From: Escherichia coli
GTDB taxonomy: Bacteria; Pseudomonadota; Gammaproteobacteria; Enterobacterales; Enterobacteriaceae
NCBI RefSeq assembly: GCF_046105845.1
Contig: NZ_CP151004.1
Reading direction: 5' to 3' (one strand)
Length of the DNA: 64,000 nt
Each line of letters begins with the position of its first letter. The first letter of the stretch is position 1. This document shows positions 22,639-32,496 of the stretch, piece by piece. Under the pieces are notes generated by a model. That model searched no databases. It saw only the letters and a list, made by a program, of their open reading frames with translations, and was not told the origin of the DNA. The position numbers and the translations under genes were made by a program.

Positions 22639-23230
22639 GAGAGTCAGCCCATTCTGCAAGCTCCTGGCGGCGTGCCACCGGGAGCGCAGCTTCATGAATG
22701 CCGATAATGGCCCCTTCAAGCATAAACAGAATCTTTTCTGTCACCAGACTGTTTTGCTGCCGCAGTCGCAACCAACACATTTTTGCCCCAAGTATACGTA
22801 ACGCCCGTACATCCTTAATCCCCACCTCCCCGAGAATCGCTTCCAGATGAAAAGACATATTGGGCAAATCTTTCAGTCTTTCCCGGGTATTGCGCGTGCT
22901 TTTCTCTTTCAGCGCTGCATCGAGAGAATATTTCGACAGACGCACCAGCTTCAGTTGATTTCGCCATAGACTTTCATCAACCCGATAGTAATTGAGGGTA
23001 ACGGATCGGCCACACTTTTTATATGTCAGCCAAACAGGCGGATGTTTTACACAGTACTGTGCACTTTGCTCACAAGCCCGAAGATACAACTCACCATCAG
23101 AAACCATCGCAAACACCGTGTCGTCAACGGTCAGGCTGTAACTGCCAAACAATGATCGGTATTCAATTGTGCCCAACGTTGCCAGGTATTCTTGTGATTT
23201 ATAGATCCGCTTATAGGAGAGGCTTTTCAT
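22601..23230 (-). CDS. sxy: Competence regulator Sxy/TfoX
   Basis: 209-aa ORF MKSLSYKRIYKSQEYLATLG; recognised as Sxy (TfoX). Confidence 0.95.
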   Translation of the reverse strand: MKSLSYKRIYKSQEYLATLGTIEYRSLFGSYSLTVDDTVFAMVSDGELYLRACEQSAQYCVKHPPVWLTYKKCGRSVTLNYYRVDESLWRNQLKLVRLSKYSLDAALKEKSTRNTRERLKDLPNMSFHLEAILGEVGIKDVRALRILGAKMCWLRLRQQNSLVTEKILFMLEGAIIGIHEAALPVARRQELAEWADSLTPKQEFPAELE

Positions 23231-23406
23231 AAAATTCCTTTTAAAATCATAACATAAAAGAATGATTCACATTAACGGATCCGTTAACTACGAAAATAGG
23301 CAACTTATTCTTAAGGGGCAAGATTAATTTATGTTTTCCCGTCACCAACGACAAAATTTGCGAGGCTCTTTCCGAAAATAGGGTTGATCTTTGTCGTCAC
23401 TGGATG

Positions 23407-23426
23407 TACTGTACATCCATACAGTA
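23407..23426. promoter_or_regulatory. LexA operator (SOS box) of sulA
   Basis: TACTGTACATCCATACAGTA fits CTGT-N8-ACAG consensus, immediately upstream of sulA. Confidence 0.85.
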
Positions 23427-23448
23427 ACTCACGGGGACTGGATTGATT

Positions 23449-23958
23449 ATGTACACTTCAGGCTATGCACATCGTTCTTCGTCGTTCTCATCCGCAGCAA
23501 GTAAAATTGCGCGTGTCTCTACGGAAAACACTACAGCCGGGCTTATCAGTGAAGTTGTCTATCGCGAAGATCAGCCCATGATGACGCAACTTCTACTGTT
23601 GCCATTGTTACAGCAACTCGGTCAGCAATCGCGCTGGCAACTCTGGTTAACACCGCAACAAAAACTGAGTCGGGAATGGGTTCAGGCATCTGGGCTACCC
23701 TTAACGAAAGTGATGCAGATTAGCCAGCTCTCCCCTTGCCACACTGTGGAGTCAATGGTTCGCGCTTTACGCACGGGCAATTACAGTGTGGTGATCGGTT
23801 GGTTGGCAGATGATTTGACTGAAGAAGAGCATGCTGAACTTGTTGATGCGGCAAATGAAGGTAACGCTATGGGGTTTATTATGCGTCCGGTAAGCGCATC
23901 CTCTCACGCAACGAGACAACTTTCCGGGCTAAAAATTCACTCTAATTTGTATCATTAA
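23449..23958 (+). CDS. sulA: SOS cell-division inhibitor SulA
   Basis: ORF trimmed to [19 protein letters not shown] (169 aa). Confidence 0.95.
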
Positions 23959-24181
23959 GTAAATTTAGGATTAATCCTGGAACTTTTTTTGTCGCCCAGC
24001 CAATGCTTTCAGTCGTGACTAATTTTCCTTGCGGAGGCTTGTCTGAAGCGGTTTCCGCGATTTTCTTCTGTAAATTGTCGCTGACAAAAAAGATTAAACG
24101 TACCTTATACAAGACTTTTTTTTCATATGCCTGACGGAGTTCACACTTGTAAGTTTTCAACTACGTTGTAGACTTTACATC

Positions 24182-24313
24182 GCCAGGGGTGCTCGGCATA
24201 AGCCGAAGATATCGGTAGAGTTAATATTGAGCAGATCCCCGGTGAAGGATTTAACCGTGTTATCTCGTTGGAGATATTCATGGCGTATTTTGGATGATAA
24301 CGAGGCGCAAAAA
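24182..24313 (+). promoter_or_regulatory. ompA long 5' UTR (Hfq/MicA-targeted leader)
   Basis: Leader begins GCCAGGGGTGCTCGGCATAAGCC as I recall the ompA mRNA 5' end; about 132 nt before the ATG; the ORF-track frame 24227.. starts inside this leader. Confidence 0.65.
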
Positions 24314-25354
24314 ATGAAAAAGACAGCTATCGCGATTGCAGTGGCACTGGCTGGTTTCGCTACCGTAGCGCAGGCCGCTCCGAAAGATAACACCTGGTAC
24401 ACTGGTGCTAAACTGGGCTGGTCCCAGTACCATGACACTGGTTTCATCAACAACAATGGTCCGACCCATGAAAACCAACTGGGCGCTGGTGCTTTTGGTG
24501 GTTACCAGGTTAACCCGTATGTTGGCTTTGAAATGGGTTATGACTGGTTAGGTCGTATGCCATACAAAGGCAGCGTTGAAAACGGTGCATATAAAGCTCA
24601 GGGCGTTCAGCTGACCGCTAAACTGGGTTACCCAATCACTGACGATCTGGACGTATACACTCGTCTGGGTGGTATGGTATGGCGTGCAGACACTAAATCC
24701 AACTTTGATGGTAAAAACCACGACACCGGCGTTTCTCCGGTCTTCGCTGGCGGTGTTGAGTACGCGATCACTCCTGAAATCGCTACCCGTCTGGAATACC
24801 AGTGGACCAACAACATCGGTGACGCACACACCATCGGTACTCGTCCGGACAACGGCATGCTGAGCCTGGGTGTTTCCTACCGTTTCGGTCAGGGCGAAGC
24901 AGCTCCAGTAGTTGCTCCGGCTCCAGCTCCGGCACCGGAAGTACAGACCAAGCACTTCACTCTGAAGTCTGACGTTCTGTTCACCTTCAACAAAGCAACC
25001 CTGAAACCGGAAGGTCAGGCTGCTCTGGATCAGCTGTACAGCCAGCTGAGCAACCTGGATCCGAAAGACGGTTCCGTAGTTGTTCTGGGTTACACCGACC
25101 GCATCGGTTCTGACGCTTACAACCAGGGTCTGTCCGAGCGCCGTGCTCAGTCTGTTGTTGATTACCTGATCTCTAAAGGTATCCCGGCAGACAAAATCTC
25201 CGCACGTGGCATGGGCGAATCCAACCCGGTTACTGGCAACACCTGTGACAACGTGAAACAGCGTGCTGCACTGATCGACTGCCTGGCTCCGGATCGTCGC
25301 GTAGAGATCGAAGTTAAAGGTATCAAAGACGTTGTAACTCAGCCGCAGGCTTAA
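24314..25354 (+). CDS. ompA: Outer membrane protein A
   Basis: [21 protein letters not shown] signal peptide, 346 aa, APAPAPAP hinge, C-terminal OmpA peptidoglycan-binding domain. Confidence 0.97.
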   Translation: MKKTAIAIAVALAGFATVAQAAPKDNTWYTGAKLGWSQYHDTGFINNNGPTHENQLGAGAFGGYQVNPYVGFEMGYDWLGRMPYKGSVENGAYKAQGVQLTAKLGYPITDDLDVYTRLGGMVWRADTKSNFDGKNHDTGVSPVFAGGVEYAITPEIATRLEYQWTNNIGDAHTIGTRPDNGMLSLGVSYRFGQGEAAPVVAPAPAPAPEVQTKHFTLKSDVLFTFNKATLKPEGQAALDQLYSQLSNLDPKDGSVVVLGYTDRIGSDAYNQGLSERRAQSVVDYLISKGIPADKISARGMGESNPVTGNTCDNVKQRAALIDCLAPDRRVEIEVKGIKDVVTQPQA

Positions 25355-25369
25355 GTTCTCGTCTGGTAG

Positions 25370-25398
25370 AAAAACCCCGCTGCTGCGGGGTTTTTTTT
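25370..25398. terminator. Rho-independent terminator of ompA (shared with convergent matP)
   Basis: AAAAACCCCGC-tgct-GCGGGG followed by TTTTTTTT; A-tract on the other side. Confidence 0.8.
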
Positions 25399-25430
25399 CG
25401 CCTTGCGTAAATTGAACTGACTTTCGTCAG

Positions 25431-25883
25431 TTATTCCTTACCCAGCAATGCCTGCAGATCCTGCTTCAAAGAAGACATTTTATTCGCGTATTTCTCTTTG
25501 TTTTCCGCATCTTCAATCAGCTGAACAATCGTTTCAGAAAGCGTTTTACCGCGACGCTGCGCAAGACCAGCCAGACGTTGCCAGACAATAAATTCCAGAT
25601 CGATCGATTTTTTGCGCGTATGCTGGTGTTCCGCATTAAAATGGCGCTTCCGTCTGGCCCGAATGGTTTGCTTCATGCGATTGACCAGTTCCGGATTCAT
25701 ATGCTTGTCAATCCAGCCATTTACCAGCACGGGTTCATTTTCCAGCGAGAGCAACACATCGACGGCTTCCTGGGCGGCACTGGCTTCTATGTAACGGGTG
25801 ATTAACTCCCCTTCGCGATGCTTCTTCACCAGATACTTCCATTTCCAACCGCTTTCAAGATTTTCAAGTTGTTGATATTTCAT
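25431..25883 (-). CDS. matP: Macrodomain Ter protein MatP
   Basis: 150-aa [29 protein letters not shown]; recognised as MatP (YcbG). Confidence 0.95.
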
Positions 25884-26068
25884 AGCGATCTCAATGTTAC
25901 CGTGTAACTCTTTACAGAATATCAGCTTTTTAGGCCAGTGAAGAAAAGAATCTCCATCCTGTGAGCTTTAACGCCCATGCCAGGAGTATTGTCGGTGCTT
26001 TCTACGTGTGCTGCAGTGCCGGTTACGGTATAATCGCGGCTTTGACAACAGACTAAAAAACATCAACT

Positions 26069-27829
26069 TTGACCATTACGAAACTTGCATGGCGTGACCT
26101 GGTTCCTGATACCGATAGCTATCAGGAAATATTTGCTCAGCCACATTTGATTGACGAAAACGATCCTTTATTCAGTGATACTCAACAGCGACTGCAATTT
26201 GCGCTGGAGCAGTTGCTGCATACGCGAGCATCCTCCTCTTTTATGCTGGCGAAAGCCCCGGAAGAGTCTGAGTATCTGAATCTTATTGCCGATGCCGCGC
26301 GTACGCTACAAAGCGATGCAGGCCAACTTGTGGGCGGTCACTATGAGGTTTCCGGGCACACCATCCGCTTACGTAACGCAGTGAGTGCAGATGATAATTT
26401 TGCGACTTTAACGCAAGTTGTCGCTGCCGACTGGGTAGAAGCGGAACAACTCTTTGGCTGCCTGCGCCAGTTTAATGGCGACATTACCCTGCAGCCAGGT
26501 CTGGTGCATCAGGCAAATGGCGGTATTCTCATCATCTCTTTGCGTACACTGCTGGCGCAACCTCTGCTGTGGATGCGGCTGAAAAATATCGTTAACCGCG
26601 AGCGTTTTGACTGGGTTGCGTTTGATGAGTCGCGCCCTCTCCCCGTCACTGTGCCTTCGATGCCATTGAAGCTGAAAGTCATTCTGGTAGGCGAACGCGA
26701 ATCATTGGCTGATTTCCAGGAGATGGAACCAGAGCTTTCAGAGCAGGCTATTTATAGCGAATTTGAAGATACTCTGCAGATTGTCGATGCGGAGTCAGTA
26801 AGCCAGTGGTGTCGCTGGGTGACATTGACCGCCAGACATAATCACTTACCTGCACCAGGAGCGGATGCCTGGCCGGTACTTATCCGCGAAGCAGCCCGCT
26901 ACACCGGTGAACAAGAAACACTTCCGCTTAGCCCGCAGTGGATCCTCCGCCAGTGTAAAGAGGTCGCCTCCCTGTGCGATGGCGACACCTTCTCCGCCGA
27001 GCAGCTAAACTTAATGCTGCAGCAGCGTGAATGGCGTGAAGGTTTCCTCGCTGAACGCATGCAGGATGAGATCCTTCAGGAGCAAATCCTGATTGAAACC
27101 GAAGGCGAACGCATCGGGCAAATTAACGCCCTTTCGGTCATTGAATTTCCGGGTCATCCACGCGCTTTTGGCGAACCTTCTCGCATTAGCTGCGTTGTGC
27201 ATATTGGCGATGGTGAATTCACCGACATCGAACGCAAAGCGGAGCTTGGCGGCAATATCCATGCGAAAGGGATGATGATCATGCAGGCGTTCCTGATGTC
27301 GGAACTACAGCTTGAGCAACAGATCCCCTTCTCAGCATCGCTGACATTTGAGCAGTCATACAGTGAAGTGGATGGCGATAGTGCCTCGATGGCTGAACTC
27401 TGCGCCCTGATAAGCGCCCTCGCCGATGTGCCGGTGAATCAGAGTATCGCTATCACAGGTTCAGTCGATCAGTTCGGTCGTGCCCAGCCGGTCGGTGGTT
27501 TAAATGAGAAAATCGAAGGCTTCTTTGCTATTTGCCAGCAACGTGAGTTAACCGGGAAACAAGGTGTCATTATCCCCACTGCTAACATTCGCCATTTAAG
27601 TCTTCACAGTGAACTGGTGAAAGCGGTAGAAGAAGGCAAATTCACCATCTGGGCAGTAGACGATGTGACTGACGCACTGCCGTTATTATTAAATCTGGTG
27701 TGGGATGGCGAAGGCCAAACGACGCTGATGCAAACCATCCAGGAACGTATCGCGCAAGCATCGCAACAGGAAGGACGTCACCGTTTTCCATGGCCATTAC
27801 GTTGGCTGAACTGGTTTATTCCGAACTGA
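26069..27829 (+). CDS. ycbZ: Lon-like protease homologue YcbZ (no recognisable AAA+ Walker A motif)
   Basis: 586-aa ORF; Lon S16 protease domain with Ser in DGDSAS and Lys in GGLNEKIEG; recognised as YcbZ. Confidence 0.93.
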
Positions 27830-27859
27830 TCGGACTTGTTCAGCGTACACGTGTTAGCT
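27824..27859 (+). promoter_or_regulatory. fabA operators: FadR site (27824..27840) and FabR palindrome (27842..27859)
   Basis: AACTGATCGGACTTGTT resembles the FadR consensus AACTGGTCNGACCAGTT; AGCGTACACGTGTTAGCT matches the FabR operator as recalled; FadR site contains the ycbZ stop codon. Confidence 0.7.
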
Positions 27860-27897
27860 ATCCTGCGTGCTTCAATAAAATAAGGCTTACAGAGAAC

Positions 27898-28416
27898 ATG
27901 GTAGATAAACGCGAATCCTATACAAAAGAAGACCTTCTTGCCTCTGGTCGCGGTGAACTGTTTGGCGCTAAAGGCCCGCAATTGCCAGCACCAAACATGC
28001 TGATGATGGACCGTGTGGTCAAAATGACCGAAACGGGTGGTAACTTCGACAAAGGGTATGTTGAAGCAGAACTGGATATCAATCCGGATCTGTGGTTCTT
28101 CGGATGCCACTTCATTGGCGATCCGGTTATGCCGGGATGCCTGGGCCTGGACGCAATGTGGCAGCTGGTAGGGTTCTACCTCGGCTGGCTGGGCGGCGAA
28201 GGTAAAGGCCGCGCGCTGGGCGTTGGCGAAGTGAAATTCACTGGTCAGGTACTGCCGACAGCGAAAAAAGTGACCTACCGTATTCACTTTAAACGCATTG
28301 TTAACCGTCGTCTGATTATGGGCCTGGCGGATGGCGAAGTGCTGGTTGATGGTCGTTTGATCTATACCGCCAGCGACCTGAAAGTCGGTCTGTTCCAGGA
28401 TACGTCTGCCTTCTGA
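27898..28416 (+). CDS. fabA: 3-hydroxydecanoyl-ACP dehydratase/isomerase
   Basis: ORF trimmed to [23 protein letters not shown] (172 aa). Confidence 0.97.
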
Positions 28417-28443
28417 TTATAATCAGACAGAGTATCAAAAGGC

Positions 28444-28473
28444 GAAACCTCCGCAATGCGGAGGTTTCTTTTT
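28444..28473. terminator. Bidirectional terminator between convergent fabA and rmf
   Basis: GAAACCTCCGC-aat-GCGGAGGTTTC followed by TTTTT. Confidence 0.75.
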
Positions 28474-28485
28474 AAAGAGACAGAA

Positions 28486-28653
28486 TCAGGCCATTACTAC
28501 CCTGTCCGCCATGGCTTCTCGCCAGCCTCCCAGCCATTGTGACCTTTGATTCAGCGTCTGATAGGGACACATTTCTTTTGAGCGTCCGGCGATGCCGGCC
28601 TGATAACCACGTTGATGTGCCCGTTCCAGGCGATCTCGTTTTTGTCTCTTCAT
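28486..28653 (-). CDS. rmf: Ribosome modulation factor
   Basis: Minus-strand translation gives MKRQKRDRLERAHQRGYQAGIAGRSKEMCPYQTLNQRSQWLGGWREAMADRVVMA (55 aa); ORF track shows only a different-frame 65-aa ORF at 28472..28669. Confidence 0.93.
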   Translation of the reverse strand: MKRQKRDRLERAHQRGYQAGIAGRSKEMCPYQTLNQRSQWLGGWREAMADRVVMA

Positions 28654-28852
28654 GCCTCGTTTCCCTCATACTGGTTTCTGGTGGAAAAGAAAACAGTGAT
28701 TACTAAATGTGCAATCACAGTTAAGCAATACCGCGAATCATAACTGCCGTCAATGCGCAAAATTCACGCCACTGTCATATTTGTGAGCTACACGGGCATG
28801 TCGGTTGTACAAAAAATGTGAAGAGGAACAACTTTTTCCGCAAGTTAGAAAC

Positions 28853-28886
28853 AAAAAAACCGCCTCAGGCAACATACCGGAGACGG
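28853..28886 (-). terminator. Candidate terminator after pqiC
   Basis: CCGCCTC...GAGACGG stem with one G-U pair, followed on the minus strand by a U-tract. Confidence 0.45.
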
Positions 28887-28908
28887 TTATATTTACAAAT
28901 CTTTATGA

Positions 28909-29472
28909 TTACGGTAGACGCTTTATCTCTTGCGCAATAGAAGCGGCTTCCTGACTCCAGACACTGGCCAACACTTTAACCATTTCATCGTAACCATCCT
29001 GAGTTTGCACCCCTTCCAGACGGAACGGACGTTTGATCAGTTGTCCCTGGTGGTTCAACAGCCATTCACCACTGACGATGACCTTGCCATCATAGCGACC
29101 GTTAAACTCCGTTACGGTAACATTGAGCGTGTCCTGGGCGCTTCCCAGAGGCTGGGAGGCAACCACCCAGCCGGGCAGTTGCGTACTCAGGTTGGCAACC
29201 AGAGTGTTGCGCAACTGTTGATCCAACGGGCTGGCCCACAAGTTGTTGTTGGCAATCACATACTTCACATCACTGGTTTGATAAACCACACCATTTCCGG
29301 CCAGATAGTCAGGAACAGCGACCTGCTCTACCCATAACAGGCGATTACCCTGGCTGGCGGTACTTTGTGTACCGCTCTGCACCACAGGTAACTGGTAATA
29401 GTTTTTATTAATTTCGCCGGAGCTGCATCCGGCCAGCCACAGTGCTGCAATCGTCACTAGCCACTTTTTCAT
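28909..29472 (-). CDS. pqiC: Lipoprotein PqiC (YmbA) of the PqiABC lipid-transport system
   Basis: 187-aa ORF with lipoprotein signal MKKWLVTIAALWLAGC. Confidence 0.93.
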   Translation of the reverse strand: MKKWLVTIAALWLAGCSSGEINKNYYQLPVVQSGTQSTASQGNRLLWVEQVAVPDYLAGNGVVYQTSDVKYVIANNNLWASPLDQQLRNTLVANLSTQLPGWVVASQPLGSAQDTLNVTVTEFNGRYDGKVIVSGEWLLNHQGQLIKRPFRLEGVQTQDGYDEMVKVLASVWSQEAASIAQEIKRLP

Positions 29473-31109
29473 TGTTTCGCCCTCTTCGGCTCTGGATCTT
29501 TTTTGTCCTTCGCTTCAAATACCAGCGCGTTACTCTTCTCGTTGAGCGTTTTCAGCACCGGTTGCAGTTCTCGCAACACCTGATCAAGTCGCTGCATATC
29601 CGCCACCATCTTGTTGTAGGCTGCGGAGCCAGGCTGGAAGCCCTGCATGCTGCGATTCAATTCACGCAACGTTGACTGCATATCCGTCGGTAACTGCTGC
29701 ATCGACTGGCTGGCGAGGATCTTGTTCATGCTATCCAGCGTCGTTTGCAGGTTTTTCATTGTGCGCTGACTTTCAGAAAGCGTACTGGTTGCCTGTTCAA
29801 TCATCGGATTCAATGGCAGTTTGTTGATCTTATCCAACGCTTCCATCAGTCGTTGCTGGATTTGCGCCAGACCGCCGCTAACGGTCGGGATAATCTGATA
29901 ACCATTAAATTCACGAATACCGGTTATTGCAGGCGTATTTGGATAGAAATCGAGATCAACATACAGTGCGCCAGTGACCAGGTTTCCGGTTTTCAGCGAT
30001 CCGCGTAAACCACGTTTCAACAATTCGCCAAGGTGCTCAACAACATCCGCATTTTCGCCAAGCTGCATTTTCAGCCGCTCTGGCTCGATACGAATCAGTA
30101 CCGGAATACGGTAATCATCGTTAAATGTCTGACGCATATTCGGCGCAAAGAATGGCACTTTGCTTACGGTACCCAGGCGAATACCCCGGAATTCTACCGG
30201 AGCTCCCGGTTGCAGACCGCGTACCGAATCTTTAAAGAACATCAGATAATCAATGTGATCGGTGTACAACGAATCCTGAATGCTCTTCTGATCATCATAC
30301 AAAACGAAAGCTGTTTTCGGTGCCACTGGCTGCCCTAAATCCAGACCTTCCGGCACATCAAAGCTGACACCGCCACTAAGCAGCGTTGTCAATGAGCCCA
30401 TCTCCACACGCATTCCCGCTGACGTCAAATCAACCGCAATGCCACTATCTTTCCAGAAGCGAACATTGCTGGTCACCAGACGGTCATAAGGTGCATTGAT
30501 GAACAGTTGATAGCTGATATTGCGTTTTTGCGTATCGAAGGTGCTGGTTTCAACCGAACCTACCCGATAGCCACGGAACAGCACGGGATCTCCTGGCGAG
30601 AGCTGCCCGGCTTTTTTGCTATCGAGAATCACACGAATACCTTTCGCATCAGGCGGAGCCAACGGTGGCGAGTCCAGCAAATCGTATTTATCCATTTTGC
30701 TGCCTTTCGCGCCTGGCTGCAGTTCGATATAAACCCCAGACAGCAGCGTTCCCAGGCCGCTAATCCCTTCTCGACCAATCTGCGGTTTCACCACCCAAAA
30801 GACGGTATCTTTATGCAGCAATTTTTCCATACCGGAATTCAGCCGCGCTTTGATTTCAACGTGCGTCAAATCATCAGCCAGTGTGGCGCTTTCAACCACG
30901 CCGACGTCAACGCTACGGCTTTTAATGGTGGTTTTACCACCTTCTATTCCTTCCGCATTCGCGGTGATCAGGGTCACTTCCGGCCCCTGATGGCTGTAAT
31001 GATAAAAAAGAACCCAAGCCCCAATGAGCGCCGTGACGATAGGAAATATCCACACGGGAGACCAGTTCTTCACTTTCTGGATTTTGGCTTCCCCATTATT
31101 AGATTCCAT
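29469..31109 (-). CDS. pqiB: MCE-domain periplasmic protein PqiB
   Basis: ORF trimmed to MESNNGEAKIQKVKNWSPVWIFP (546 aa); three MCE domains; ATGA overlap with pqiC. Confidence 0.93.
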   Translation of the reverse strand: MESNNGEAKIQKVKNWSPVWIFPIVTALIGAWVLFYHYSHQGPEVTLITANAEGIEGGKTTIKSRSVDVGVVESATLADDLTHVEIKARLNSGMEKLLHKDTVFWVVKPQIGREGISGLGTLLSGVYIELQPGAKGSKMDKYDLLDSPPLAPPDAKGIRVILDSKKAGQLSPGDPVLFRGYRVGSVETSTFDTQKRNISYQLFINAPYDRLVTSNVRFWKDSGIAVDLTSAGMRVEMGSLTTLLSGGVSFDVPEGLDLGQPVAPKTAFVLYDDQKSIQDSLYTDHIDYLMFFKDSVRGLQPGAPVEFRGIRLGTVSKVPFFAPNMRQTFNDDYRIPVLIRIEPERLKMQLGENADVVEHLGELLKRGLRGSLKTGNLVTGALYVDLDFYPNTPAITGIREFNGYQIIPTVSGGLAQIQQRLMEALDKINKLPLNPMIEQATSTLSESQRTMKNLQTTLDSMNKILASQSMQQLPTDMQSTLRELNRSMQGFQPGSAAYNKMVADMQRLDQVLRELQPVLKTLNEKSNALVFEAKDKKDPEPKRAKQ

Positions 31110-31113
31110 ACTG

Positions 31114-32367
31114 TCAGGACTCCTCATGCTCTGATTCAGGTTGACGATCCCACGACAAACGCGGGTCAAACGTCATAGCAGAAAACATTGTCATTATGAC
31201 GACTAAAGCAAACATTAATGCACCCATTGCCGGATAAATACTCATTAAACCTCCCATACGCACCAGCGCCGAGAGCACCGCGATAACGAAAACGTCAATC
31301 ATCGACCAGCGGCCTACAAACTCAACAACTTCATAAATCAAATGCATTCTTTCACTGTCGCGCTTGCCATGCCCTTTAGCATCCCAACACAACCACGCTA
31401 TGGCGATCATCTTTAACGTTGGCACCATAATACTGGCCAGAAAGATAACCGCAGCGACGGGATAAGATCCTTCGCTCCATAACAGGATGACCCCAGCGAG
31501 AATCGTCGATGGCATCTTCGAGCCTAATAAATCCGTCACCATGATGGGCAAAATATTAGCCGGAAGATACAGCATGATGGACGTAACAAGCAGCGCGAGT
31601 GTCCATTGCAGGCTGTTTCTACGTCGAACGTACCCTTTGGTACTACAACGCGGGCACACGGGTTCGTCAGCAGGAAGGATTGCCGTACAACAGGAGCACG
31701 AACGCAGCCCCTGACGTATCCCCGTGACGCCAGGTTTTAGCGGCTGGCGCAGTTCTGGCATCGGGGCGATATCGTCCCATAACCAGCGACGATCAACGCA
31801 CTGAAAGGCGCGCAGTTGCAGGACACAAAATAAACACCAGGGGAGAAAGCTGCTGCCGACACCAATGCTGCCGTAAACCATCAGTTTAACGAAACTGACC
31901 AGCACACCCGCGAGGAAAATCTCCGCCATTCCCCAGGTTTTGAGTTGAAAAAGCACCCGTGCCAGTTGCTCTTTTAAACGGACCGGTAATTCCGCGCGAT
32001 TCACCAGTAACAGAATGGTTATCAGACAAAACGCGGGAACCAGTTGCACAAACAACAGGAAAAAGGTGCCGAGGCTGGCGTAGTCCTCAGAAAAAAGCAC
32101 GCCGGGAATTTCCAGTAATGTAATTTCACTGGTAACTCCTGCAACGTTCATATTCACAAAAGGAAACAAGTTGGACAGCAACAGCATGAACAGTGCAGCC
32201 AACGCATAGGCGGTGGGACGCTGCCGAGGGGCATCCCACGCCACGGTTAACGTTGTGCCACACCGGGGACATGCCGCTTTCTGACCATGCTCAAGGCGCG
32301 GTAACGCCACCAGCATGTCACACTGCGAGCACAGGATGTGCTTCGCGGCATGATGATGTTCGCACAT
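31114..32367 (-). CDS. pqiA: Paraquat-inducible membrane protein PqiA
   Basis: 417-aa ORF MCEHHHAAKHILCSQCDMLV with CxxC pairs. Confidence 0.95.
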   Translation of the reverse strand: MCEHHHAAKHILCSQCDMLVALPRLEHGQKAACPRCGTTLTVAWDAPRQRPTAYALAALFMLLLSNLFPFVNMNVAGVTSEITLLEIPGVLFSEDYASLGTFFLLFVQLVPAFCLITILLLVNRAELPVRLKEQLARVLFQLKTWGMAEIFLAGVLVSFVKLMVYGSIGVGSSFLPWCLFCVLQLRAFQCVDRRWLWDDIAPMPELRQPLKPGVTGIRQGLRSCSCCTAILPADEPVCPRCSTKGYVRRRNSLQWTLALLVTSIMLYLPANILPIMVTDLLGSKMPSTILAGVILLWSEGSYPVAAVIFLASIMVPTLKMIAIAWLCWDAKGHGKRDSERMHLIYEVVEFVGRWSMIDVFVIAVLSALVRMGGLMSIYPAMGALMFALVVIMTMFSAMTFDPRLSWDRQPESEHEES

Positions 32368-32496
32368 TGGTACTCCTTAATGATGCGCTATTTTACAGAT
32401 GACTAACAAAGTGTTGGTTTTCATGCCTGATAAACCCAGTTCATCAGGCAATTTTACCGTTGTCAGCTGTCTCTGTTTAAATCGACTATTTTGCGA

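Noticed and set aside
23330-23400. Possible CRP-S site for sxy (TTTGCGA ... TTCCGAAAA region)
   Set aside because: Only one half-site resembles TGCGA; the other half does not match TCGCA, so I cannot support a site call by eye.
24227-24313. N-terminal extension of ompA in the ORF track ([29 protein letters not shown]...)
   Set aside because: This stretch is the ompA 5' UTR; the real start is the ATG at 24314 preceding the [21 protein letters not shown] signal peptide.
24868-24940. Short Ala-Pro repeat ([13 protein letters not shown]) and underlying GCTCCGGCACCG repeats in ompA
   Set aside because: This is the known proline-rich hinge between the OmpA barrel and its periplasmic domain, not a repeat element or CRISPR-like array.
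28472-28669. 65-aa minus-strand ORF MRETRHEETK... in the ORF track
   Set aside because: Out-of-frame overlap of the genuine rmf gene (28486..28653); the rmf frame translates to the known 55-aa protein.
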